Positions 25,401-37,400 of a stretch of 64,000 bases of DNA are shown in pieces. This DNA is from Camelus ferus (lineage: Eukaryota). Position 1 is the stretch's first letter; each line of letters starts with the position of its first letter. The notes under the pieces were generated by a model. It ran no database searches, had not been told where the DNA came from, and saw only the letters and a program-made list of their open reading frames with translations. Made by a program: the position numbers and the translations under genes. Where the stretch lies: assembly GCF_009834535.1 (NCBI RefSeq), contig NC_045699.1, forward strand, positions 10,354,001-10,418,000. The letters run 5' to 3'.

Positions 25401-28400
25401 ACACAGTATCTGTAAGTATTAAAATCAGCATATTTGAACTCATGTTTTTCTTTAAAGCTCTTACTTGTTTTACATGATGATTGTTCTGTAAGAAGTTTGA
25501 GCACATCCTGTGTACCTGCTCATCAGGAGTTACAGCAACAGACTTTATATGAATAGGACTGATGCTCAGCTCTGCTGGAGTCCTATCAGGAAAGCATACA
25601 GTGGAGCTAATATTGTATGAAAAGGATGCTTCTCTGAATTTGATAACTCAGTAATCTGCCTGAAATTAAGATCCAAAACAGAGCTGCCTGATATTGAATT
25701 TTCTTCTCTTAAATTCTATAAATCACAAGAATCTCCTTGTTAAATATGCTGTACTTCCTTACAGCAATTGCTCAGATGTTACCTACATTGAAGCAAAAAT
25801 CAGTTTGAGACATTGCTTTTGAGTTTATGTGGATAGTACTGAGCCAAGTTGCATTTGAAAACATGACTGGTTTTCTTGAGATAGATTAAGAGCCTAATAC
25901 TTCTGGGTTGTAAACTGAATTGCTCATGAGCTATGTGATACATCTTGTGCAGTACATGGTAGAGAATCATCTGGAGTAAGACAGTATTTGACTTGTGTTG
26001 TAAGCTGTGATTGTTGTTAACAGGGGCCTGGAAGAATTCTGTAGAAGAGTGGACAACAGAAGACTGGACTGAAGATGTAAGTGTTTAGCATCGGCTCTGA
26101 CCCATCTTTCTTTTGGATTCTGGTAGGGGCATGTGTGCTTTGAGGAAAGCCTGAGACACCTTACAGCCCTCCATGGCTCCCTTTCAGACTCCTGTGATTA
26201 CCGTGTTTTGTTTGTTTTGTTTTCTTTTCTTTTCAGCAGATGCTCCTCAGAAGGAAGTTGGTGCTTTGAGATTTTTAAGAAACTTGGTTTTAAAGCTTCC
26301 ATTTGAAAATGCCTGGGTGTTAAAAAGGAATGACATCATTTTTAAACTTATTTTTGTTTTATTTGGTCTTGGAACTAACAGACGCTATTGCCCTGGCCTG
26401 TGAACAGTTAATTATTCTTTATTATCTTTAAACAATTTTTTTACAATTTTTTATTGAAGTATAGTTGTTTTACAGTGTTGTACGTGTGTGTGTGTATGAA
26501 TATATATCTGTATATATATGCTTATATTGTTTTTCATATTTTTCATTATAGGTTATTATAAGATATTGAATATAGTTCCCTGTGCTATACAATAGGACTT
26601 TATTGTTTATTTTATATATAGTGGTTAGTATCTGCTAATCCTAAACTCCTAATTTATCTATAACCTTTTTATTAAAGGAGAGAGTCTGTGTTTGAGGTTG
26701 AAATTAACCCAAATAAATCATTCTGGTTCTAGGCCCAACTGCTTCCCCTTTCACCCAGACTGGCTCTTTTTATGTTGATTTATTCCACTGACATTTCTGA
26801 GTGTACTGCACTAGCTTCTGAGAAGTGTTGATCTCTAAATTCTGGGTTTGGCATGAGATACTCTTAACACCATTTTTCTGTTTGACTCTCAAGACCCAGA
26901 ACAGAAGTGTGTATGTACATGTTAGAGAGCTATGGCCAACACTGGGAGGGATAGAATAAAGAGGTTATAAGTATTGACCTTCAAAATTAAATAGAATGAC
27001 CCGGACTGTTTGTTTATTTATTGAGATTATTCCCCCACCTCCCATTTTGTACTCAGAAGTTTTATTTATTTATTTTTTATTTTAAAGAAACAAACTACAC
27101 TTCTGCTGCTGCTGCTGCTTTTTCTTTTTAAGCATGATTTTATCTCACTTGTCAGGGAGTGAGCTGGGTAGGGTGTGAGACAAGAGGAGAAAGATACTCT
27201 CATTTGATGGGAAGTTTGGAGACTTAGGGTGTATTTTCGCTTCTGCCACATACCAGCCGTAAGCTTTTGGGATATGATATCACTAGGCTCCCTGTGACCT
27301 GTAATCTGGGGAGACTGGATTGAGTGGGTGGCTATTTGAATCAGCAGATGGATGGGTACTGGTGACAAGAGGAAGAATGTGCAGCCTGTTGGTACCTAAC
27401 CTTATTTCCAACAGATCTGTGCTTTTAAATGTTTTGTGTTACTAGAATTTTTGCTAAGAGTTTGTTGGGAGAAAAAAGGCTTCCAGGGCTAAAAGCTTTA
27501 ATTACCTTCCCTGTTGTCTGGGCCAATAGGCAGGTTAGAAAGCCAGCAGGCTATCAGAAGGCAAAAATACTCAAATTCTAGCTGAGTTCACCTGTTGACC
27601 TCAGATGAGGCATCTTTCCTTTCTGAGCCTCCTATTTTTCATCCTAAAATTAATATCATAATAACTGTCCTGCCTAACCAATGGGGTTTTTCTGTGTCTC
27701 AGATGAGGTCTTATGATGTAAGTCCACTAGCAAACAGTTCAGATGTACACACAGAGGTAGTACTATTCTGCAACATAGCCCATACTGTATCACAGTATAA
27801 TTACTGAAAAGAATTAGCATAGGGAATGTGGACATCTTCTTTTCTCAGGAATTGTCAAAATTATGAAAATTTTTCTGAAATTATATATAGAGTGATGATT
27901 GAAAGGTGAGTAATCTGAAATGCAAATCCTAAATTTCTTCCAGAGCTCAGGTGGATGAAACAATGCAGTTTTCTGTCTTTTACCGGGATAGGATTTCGTG
28001 AGAAATGTAGTTCTCATTTACTTTGAACTTAATATTTTTAAGGCTTAAGATCTACTGTATTATTGCTTTTCAAGGAAGTACTACTCCTTTATTGGTTCTC
28101 TCCTGCTTGTCTTAATTTGTAAGATTATTTAAGGCAAAAATGGATTTCTCTGGGCTCTTAAGATACTGCCTTGGAATGGGGTGCAGCATAGCATAAGCCT
28201 TCCCTGTTGAAACAGTATAATCAATTCAGCACTGTTTATTTTTATGGAAAATGAACCCCTACTGTCTGCTTTGCCTCTGTCTTAGTATTAATGTGTGAGG
28301 AAGTCTAACTTTATACCATGTTTCAGAGCACTGAGACATGTAACATTGATGAGAATCATAGCAGTCTTTAAATAGCATTTTTATTAGTTTTTCGCATTAT

Positions 28401-31400
28401 GTCATTAGATCAACAGTTACCAGCCTTTAAAAGCCCATGCCCCTCTTTGAAAACATAAAAGAGCGTGCCTTTCAGTAATGTTAATTGGAGTTTCAAGAAA
28501 TTTTACCTTGTGTGCCTTAAAACAATATGCACGAATCTCAGAATAATAATTTTGAGTGAAAAAAGCTAGACAGAAAAGATTGTGTATTTTAAAATTCCAC
28601 TTAAAATTCTGGAAAGTACAACCTATAGTGACAGAAAACATATCTGTAGTTGCCTAGGGATAAGATTGAGTGGTGGGAGGAATTGATTACACAGGGACAG
28701 CAGCAGACTTTTGGGATAATAGATACATTTATTGTCTTGATTGGTGATGGTTTCACGGAAGTATGCACATGACTAAACTTATTCAGTTATTAAGTTTAAA
28801 TACTTGCAGTTTATTGTATGTGTAAATAATGAAATTATTTTGATAAAAACAGCAAGGAAACCTATGACTTAACAAAAATATTACAGCTTTCTAATATAAT
28901 ACTCAAGCCATCTGTCTCAGGGAGAGAAAACATCAATTGTTTTGCCTTCTCAAACTTCTGTACTTTTTGGCATTTGTAAGTAACATTGGTGGTGGCTTTT
29001 GTTGGTGTTCTCATTTTGTATAATGTCAAGTAGAATTGTGAGACTGGGACTTGAACTGTGGTCTGACTTTTACCTTGTTTCACTGATGTGGAATCCTTGT
29101 GGGCTTATCAATCCAAAATTATCTTCACCTTAAGAAAATTACATGTCATGATCACATGTATTTTCCTTTAGCTCACCTCTTGGTTGAACTATAATAAGAG
29201 TACTGGTGACTAAAAATTGTCAGGAATTTGATACATTTTTGACTTGAGATTATACAAAGTATGATTAAAATATCTTTTACTCCTTTCTATGTAGCTTTCT
29301 GAAACAAAGGTCTTCACTTCCTCATCTGTTCCAGCAGAGAATCATGGCACACCTGGGCAAAGGTAAACACTGTTCCCCACATAATTGAAATTTCTTGCCC
29401 TCGGAAAATTGTTTTCTCAGATCTCTTACTGTTTTTTACCCTTTTCTTGACTTTTTCTGTTTTTTCTCTTTTCTAAGACTTTCATCCCTAACTTACCTGA
29501 TGAGCTGACATGACAGCCTCTACCGTTTCTTACTTTGTTGCACCACTAATGAATTAAAATAGCAGTTATGTTTGTGATTTGTTAGAATTTGTGGCAGAGA
29601 TAATGTTAAATCTACTTAATGGTGGGTTTTTTTTTTTTTGTTTTTTGTTTTTTTTTAACTTCTGTAAACATACTGGGTTTTTTGACAGATAAACAACAGA
29701 AATATCCTTTGGTTTCTTCTGACACCATTTATTTAGTCTTCTCAGGGTAATACAGATGTCTTATTTTATAAGGGCTCTATAGTTTTAATCTACTAGTCTT
29801 TCAGAGTGTAGCTCAAGTGGTAAATAAAGCACATGCTTAGCATACACAAGGTCCCAAGTTCAATCCCTAGTACCTCCTCTAAAAATAAGTAAATAAACCT
29901 AACTTACCCCCCTCCCCCCCAATCTACTAGTCTTTCAGATTACAGAATAAGAAGGAGCTTTTGGGGGTAGCTGAAATAGTGTTAGATCGTGTGCAGAACT
30001 GAATTACTGAAAAACATTTATTTGCATCCTAGTTTTTATAGTAACTTGAAAAGCCTTTGAGTATGGTTTCAAAATACAGTGGTCTAGGAGGATGAGAACC
30101 TTGATATATATGACACCTTAGCATTGAAGGCAATTTTGAATCTAACATGTTCAATCTCATGCCAGATGAGATGGGTGTAAGACTTCATTATAGGGAGATA
30201 AGAACGATCAAAGGTTATGTCTTGAAATAAATTGCTTTATGGATTGCTCAGAATTTCTTGTTAAATGGATATAACTTCTTCATTTATTACTCAATGAATT
30301 TGATAGGATCGCTTTCATTTAAAAAAAAAAGTAGAGGAGGGAGTGTATAGCTCACTGGTAGAATGCATGCCTAGCATGCATGAGGTCCTGGGTTCAAACC
30401 CCAGTGCATACGTACATACATAAATCTAACCCCCCCCCAATAAATAAATACCTACCTACCTACCTACCTACCTACCTACCTACATGCATACATAAATCAA
30501 GAAGTAGACATTTTTAATGATTATTTTCCAGAAGACAGTGCTGTAATGTTTTTCTTGCGTATTAACTTATCAGTCTTTTGGAATAGAATTTGCTCTGGTT
30601 TTTGTAGTAATGCAACACCTGAGACGCATCATATGTAATATAAATACCATGGATTTGTATCCTTGGAGTTAGGTTATCATAAGCTAGAACATTACCTTGG
30701 GTCTCAAAGCACTAGATCCCGTAAGTTCAACCTGGTTATGGGGAAGTGAGAGTGGGTAGTACACAAGGAGGGAACTCAGGCCTGGGAACTTTGCTGTATA
30801 TCAGGGGTGCGTTTTGAATTATTTGACCTTCCAGAATCTGCCTCAATGGCCTGGTGAGAGTTTCTGTTAGAACTGCCTGGGAATTGGCCTTTAAAAGGAT
30901 TTAATGGAGCAAATGACTATGTTAGGTAATCCTGTGGAGAAGTTAGACACTCACTCACATATCAAGTAGTATATACCTGGAAGATCATTTCTTCCTCATG
31001 TTTTCAGGTTTTAAGGCCATGATTCTCCAGTTGGAATATTTGTCTTTCTGGGGGCGTTTATAAGAATTCTAATTAACAGTATTTGTTAATTTATTGTGCA
31101 TTTTTTTCCTGAATATTTAAGGAAAATTATATGAGATTTATATAAACCTAAATGTATTATGGGATAGGTTGCAGAACGTAGGAATATTTATGGTAAATGT
31201 GAATTGGCTTGAATGGTCTAGTATGGCTTTGGTCCTCATTCTTTAAAAATACGGGTTCATTCTCCTTTAGGGAAGTTCAAGGGAGACGAGTTTCAAGTAA
31301 TAAAAGGGGGCACAATATTCTAAACGTAACAAGCCAGACTTGAGAACACTGTTTAAGAGTACTCAGTTGCTCCAGGTTTTCAATTCAGCTGCCAGTGTGC

Positions 31401-34400
31401 CATTTCTCTGGAAATACCTCAATGCACTTTTTCGTTCCTTTTCTCTGCAAAGCCCGGATTCAGTCTCCGTCGCTTCCTATTTGGGTGGGAGAGGGTGATT
31501 GATGCTCTTCTTTTGGCTCCTTTAAACTCAACTTTCCAAAGGTTTTCGTCACTTAGATTATTTTTAGCATGAATTTACTTTATGATGATTTACTTCTCAG
31601 ATTCATTTGTTGGTAAGATTTGCTTATGACTCAGTCCTCATTTGCTTTTTGTCTGCTTAGTGTTGATCTGGTAGCCTTGCTCCAGAAGCCTGTTTCTCCT
31701 AGTCAAGCCTCAGAAGTCAGCTCCTTTGAAACTTCCCAACAGCAGGGTTTTGGTCAAGCCCTTGTCTTCACAAATTCTCAGCACAACAGTCAGATGGCAC
31801 CAGGGACTGGCAGCTCTACCACTGTCAACTCGTATTCTCCTCAGAGCCTGGTAACTCACTTTTATTTCATTCAGTATGGGATTTTGAGGAATGTGCCTAT
31901 GAACAACTGTATTCTAGAATGACAATTATTTTCTAAATATAAAATTTTCTACTGTAGATCTCAGTCCAGAAAACAATGATGTGGTAATTTCCAAGCACAT
32001 ATCTGATGATTCCATGTGGAATTCAACTACTCTGAGTTTTCTGGATGAAGACAGAAATATTTCTCTATTATTAGTTGGATTATGAATTAGCTTAGTCATA
32101 ATCATTTAGGCATCCTTCTTCCTAACGATTTTTTTCTTGGGTTTTGAAGTCTGTCTCTATACTTAAGATGTTACATTTCCGTTTGTTTTCCAATTTATTT
32201 AATTGCTAATGTTTGTCATTATTGGCTTGCTAATATGCAAAAATAGTTCTTTCCGAGTCTGCCTAGGTTCTCAAAGTTTTTGCATTTTTATTTGTTTTGT
32301 TATTCCAAAAAATTAGTGTACTTTTTCTTAAAATGCCACCACACTATGTAGTAGAGGCCCGTATAATTTGAATATGTTTTCATTGAAACGGTGTCAACTG
32401 CTGCAGCACGTTGGCTCTGGCTTCCCATAAGAATTAATCTCCCATCAGAAAGAACTTCAGAAACTGTTAGTGAAGGATATGAAGACAGGTGGTGGGAGGA
32501 AAAGTGTGGAGCATAGAATGTGAAGGCATTTAACTGCACAATGGCAAACTCAAGCCCCTGTCCCACGTGTGGGCAGTTCTGAGCTGGCAGAGGGGAGGCT
32601 GCAAGGACTACAAATATAAACAGAGATCACAGCTGTCTCTAGTGATGATCACTTTGGTTCATTATTTGCTGTGCTTTACCTGAAATCTACAGTTGAGAAA
32701 CAGAATTTGTTATGAAGATATGGTAATTCTCCCCACAGCCCCCAACACCCTGACTCAATCATTTGCTGTACCTGCCCCACCCCCAAAGGTGGAGAATTGA
32801 ATTATGTAAACTTTTCACTGCTGTTTTCTACTCTGCACAGTCATGTCATGTCGAGTGTAACTGGCTTGGCATTTGTAGTGTCATCAGTGGTTGTGTATGA
32901 GAGGGCGCTTAAAGTTGGACAGCCCACAGCAAGGTGCCCCCTCTGTTTTGAGAGGACCCAGTAACACCTCCTGAGTTTTGTTTGAACCACCCAATTCCTT
33001 TCCTCCTCTGTCTTTCCGCCTGCCCCTGGTATACCGATGTAATATCCTTCCTGACTTGCTGGAATCTTAGCCAGGCCGTGAGTTGAGTTTTCTTATTTTA
33101 CAGCACTCTTCAGGTATTTTGCTTTTCATCATGAATGACACTTCGAGAAACTGGAGTAAGAACTGTTTGTTTAGCACAGTAGAGCAGTGGTTCTTAACCC
33201 TACTGTACTATTATAATCATGGGGAAACTGGTAAATAACAACGGTAATAATGATAATAAATAATGCCAGATTCTACACAAGATCAGTCAGAATCTTTGGG
33301 AGTGGGAATCGGACACTGTGTGTGTTTGTGTACATGGGAGTGCGTGCGTACCAGTACACATATTTTTAAACTGCCCCTGTTGATGGAAGTGTGTGGGTGG
33401 AGTGCAGCAGCCCTGTGCGACGTGTTACCTGAAGCACGGTGCTAGTCACTGAGGCAGTGATTTCATTGTGTTGTGAAACATGCAGAAAGTATGTGAAGAT
33501 GAAATTAGCTGATTCAGGACAGAGATGAGGTGGGAAAAGAGAGGAAGAATAGAAGCGTTATCCAAGAAGCCTTCATTGAGCAGTGGGCTTGAGCTGGATC
33601 TTGGTGGACTGATGGCGACGTGAGAGAGGGCGGCAGGCGGCCTGAGCGCAGGATCTGGAGTAGGGGTCAGTCGTGGTAACAGCCTCTAGCAGAAGCGATC
33701 CTGTGAGCGAGTGCCCACAACCTGGAGTTCTGCTCACATTGGAGAGTTTGGGTGTCTTTAGAACAATGGGGATAGCCCGTGCCTTTGGAAATTGGTAACA
33801 GAAGTAATTCCTTCAGCTTTCTGCATCTGGCCTCTTGAGGGAATGCCGATCATTTCTGTATTTAACCTTTTAGATGGTTGTGAAAAGTTATTTTTGACAA
33901 ACTTTTCAGACACTGATCTTGGTAAGTAAAAATGCAGTTGATCCGCCGCTGTGTGTTATCTGGTCAGAGGCTTTCATCCCCCTCAGTCTGGAGAGCCAAC
34001 CTGACAGGATAGGTGGGGGCTGTAACGTTTTCTTTTATGTACTTTCTCATGGAGCATATTTGGTGTTCTTAGTCATCTGAACACCTTGAAATAAACACGG
34101 CAGTGTCCAGGGTGTCTGTTCAGGACACAGATACCTCGTGTGTAATGCAGTGTCTGATTTTGGAAACTTTTAAAGTAAGTGCTGTGACCTGCATTTACTC
34201 TTGCAGGGTGACCTCATGGCTGACCTCTTTTAAAACTAAACCTATTAAAACCTTTACAAAAAAATTAAGACAGTTATTCTTCACACATTAAGGGAATACT
34301 GTATATTGTTTTTCAAGCTTGTCTTTGTCATTTAATTCAGGATATTCCTCTTTAGTTTAAAAAAAAAAAGGTAGTACTGTGTTTGTGAACATGTGATTTC

Positions 34401-37400
34401 ACTTTTTAAGTAAAATTCCGTTTCTTAAAATCCAGAGAAAATGTTCCTCTTCCTTCTAACCTCTTATATCAGAAATAGGAAGGGTTGCTGGATTTATTTT
34501 TTCAGATCTTGTTGCATAATAATATTTTCATGTAGCATTTATTCACATGGGTCTTACTAGTTTAGATGTCCTAAGTTATAATTTTAAAAATCCTTGTGAA
34601 AATACATGACGTGTTTTAAAGCTTGAGGTGGAAATTCTGTATTGCTGAGGACTTCTGTTTTTCTTTCCGTTTTTCTTTCCCTTTAAAGTCATCCGTCCTT
34701 GGTTCAGGATTTGGAGAGCTTGCACCTTCAAAAATGGCAAACATCACCAGCTCCCAGATTTTGGACCAGCTGAAAGCTCCGAGTTTGGGCCAGTTTACCA
34801 CCACCCCAAGTTCACAACAGAATAGTACGAGTCCCCCCACAACCACTTCTTCTTGGGACCTCAAGCCCTCAGCGTCCCAGTCCTCAGTCCTTAGTCATTT
34901 TGGTAAGTGTGTATTTTCTATGGTGGTTTTCCCCCATTGAGGACATGCTGAGTGTTAGCAGAACTTGTGGATTTGTGAACACTAACGTGGAATTTGCCCA
35001 GACATGTATCTGTTTAGTAGGACTTCTGCAGAGTTTCTGAATTAAATCAGTCAGCTTGGTATTATATAGACACCTGCATTCATTCGTTAATATTAGTAGT
35101 ACGTACTTTGAAGAGATGTGCAGAAGCATGGTAAAGTCATGCAAGTATGAGGAAACAGCATTTTGAGTAAGTGCTTAGTAAGTGACAGATTTTGTTGAGC
35201 TTTATTAGAATAAGGTGGTGACGGCAGGTGAAATGTGGGCAGTACTTTACATCACATCATCTAGGTTGCTTTCTGATTCTAACACATGCATGTATCTACC
35301 ATATTTGGTCCAGCCACAATAGTCTGTGGTTTGTAATTTAAGGGCACCGTGTGTGAGTGGAATGTTTTTTAAGCTGTATCCCATAGACTTTGTGACATTA
35401 AACCACCATTTCCCATCAACACACACATTCCACAATAGCAGAGTGTTGCTTCAACCACAGGATTGGCTGTCTGGTTTATGTTTAGGGCATATTGAGAGAC
35501 ATGGAAGCATGTTTCTCTGCTGAAGGTAATGGCTTACTGTTAGCCAAGTACCTGAGACCACTCCCAGGTTTGAAGTCATGTCTACCAAGGAAATTCATGA
35601 TGGAACCAATGCTCAAGGTTTTTACTGGGGGGCTGGTTACATAGGCACCTGCTACCTAGCACATACCAAAACTTTAGATTTACAGAAGGAAAGCAAGTGT
35701 TCAGCATAAACCAAATTGTATAAACATTTGAGGCACAGAAAGTCACTTTTTCAATTAGAGTGCTGGCATCCTTTGCTACCAAAATTCCATGTTCCCTGAC
35801 AGCAGCCAGGAGCCTATCTTGCAAGCTGCCATTTGTGATGGCAGCTGTAGGCCACCTATGTATATTAAACTTTTTTCTGCACACTTAGTAATGAGTGATA
35901 CAAGTGTTTAGATTTGAGCATGCTAGTCCCATATTCTTTATAAAGCCTGTCTTCTTTTGTACATGCCTCTAATATCAAACCAAAAATAGATTCATCTGTG
36001 ATGGAAATAGACTAAGTCATGAGTTGGCAAACCAACTGGATTTTACGTGTTTGTGTAAGTAATTTTTTGGAACACAGCCACAACATTCATTTATGTATTG
36101 TCTGCAACTACTTTCAGTCTACAAAGGCAGAGTTGAGTAGTTGCTAACCGATGGCCTTCAAAGCCTAAAATATTTACTGTCTGGTCTTTTGCAGAAAAAG
36201 ATTGCCAACGTCTAGCCTATATTATAGAAGGTAGCATTTCAAATCAGTGGTGAAAAAGATGGTTTATTGCTATCGGATATCTGGCTAGAAAACGAAGTTG
36301 GATTCCTAACTCCCACTCTACCAAAGTGCCAAATGAGTGAAATATTCAAACGTAAATGTAGAACAATAATAGCAAAAAACACAGGGAGGTTTTGATGCAC
36401 TTGGTGTGAGGTGGACCTTTCTAGATATGACAGGAAACACCATAACCAAATCAAAAGAGACACAGACTATGAAAAATATTTGAAAAATCATATCATAGGC
36501 AAAGGGTGACTTCCTTAATACAAAAAGAGTAACTTAAAATCGAGATCAACAGTGATGTGAAAAAAAGGGTCAAAAGAGGGTGTGGACAGAGTTTATGGGC
36601 ATAGAATACTTAAGTGTGTGCAGTGATTTTTAGGCAGACTTAACGTCATTTTAGTTTGTGTCTTTTATGCCATTTTCCTCCAGTCAAATTAGGAAGGATA
36701 AAAGTATGGTATTACAGTGTGTTACAAAGTGTGTGTTCTATCTATGGATAGGAATTTTGAAGTGTTCGTCAAAATTTAAAATATAGTTACTCTTTGGACC
36801 AGCGACTCTGTTCTAATAGTTGATCGTGCAGGTGTACTTAGACTTGAGCAAGATGTCTTATACATAAAAATATATTCATTGCAGTGTTGTTTTTCATAGG
36901 AAGAGATTGAAAACCTAGAAGTTTATTAGTATAGTGCTAGTTTTAAAAATCAATGCCTGTGTACAATGGATTACTTTATAACAACATCAAAAGAAAGTAG
37001 CTCTTCATACATTAATGTGGAACAGTTTCTGAAAACTAAATGGTTTGTGAGGAAGCAAGATACATATAGTGTGTATGTCTGTCTGTCTCTGTATATACAT
37101 TGAAACAGTATCTGAAGATATTCCAGAAACTGGGTACAGTGCTTCTGTGGAGCAAATCTGGGGACAGGGTGGAAGGGTGATACGTATTTATCATATGTAT
37201 TTTTCAACCTTTTGGATTTTGTAATACCTTGTATGTTACTTACTGAAAAAAATCAAATAATTTTCAAAAATTAATACAAAATACCCATTCCCTCTCCCAT
37301 ATACTTCAGCATAAACTGAATCTCCTCTCTGTATAAGAAATTAGCTAAAAACCTATTCTCGGGCATCCTTGGCCATTCATCATGTACCTGTTGCACATCA

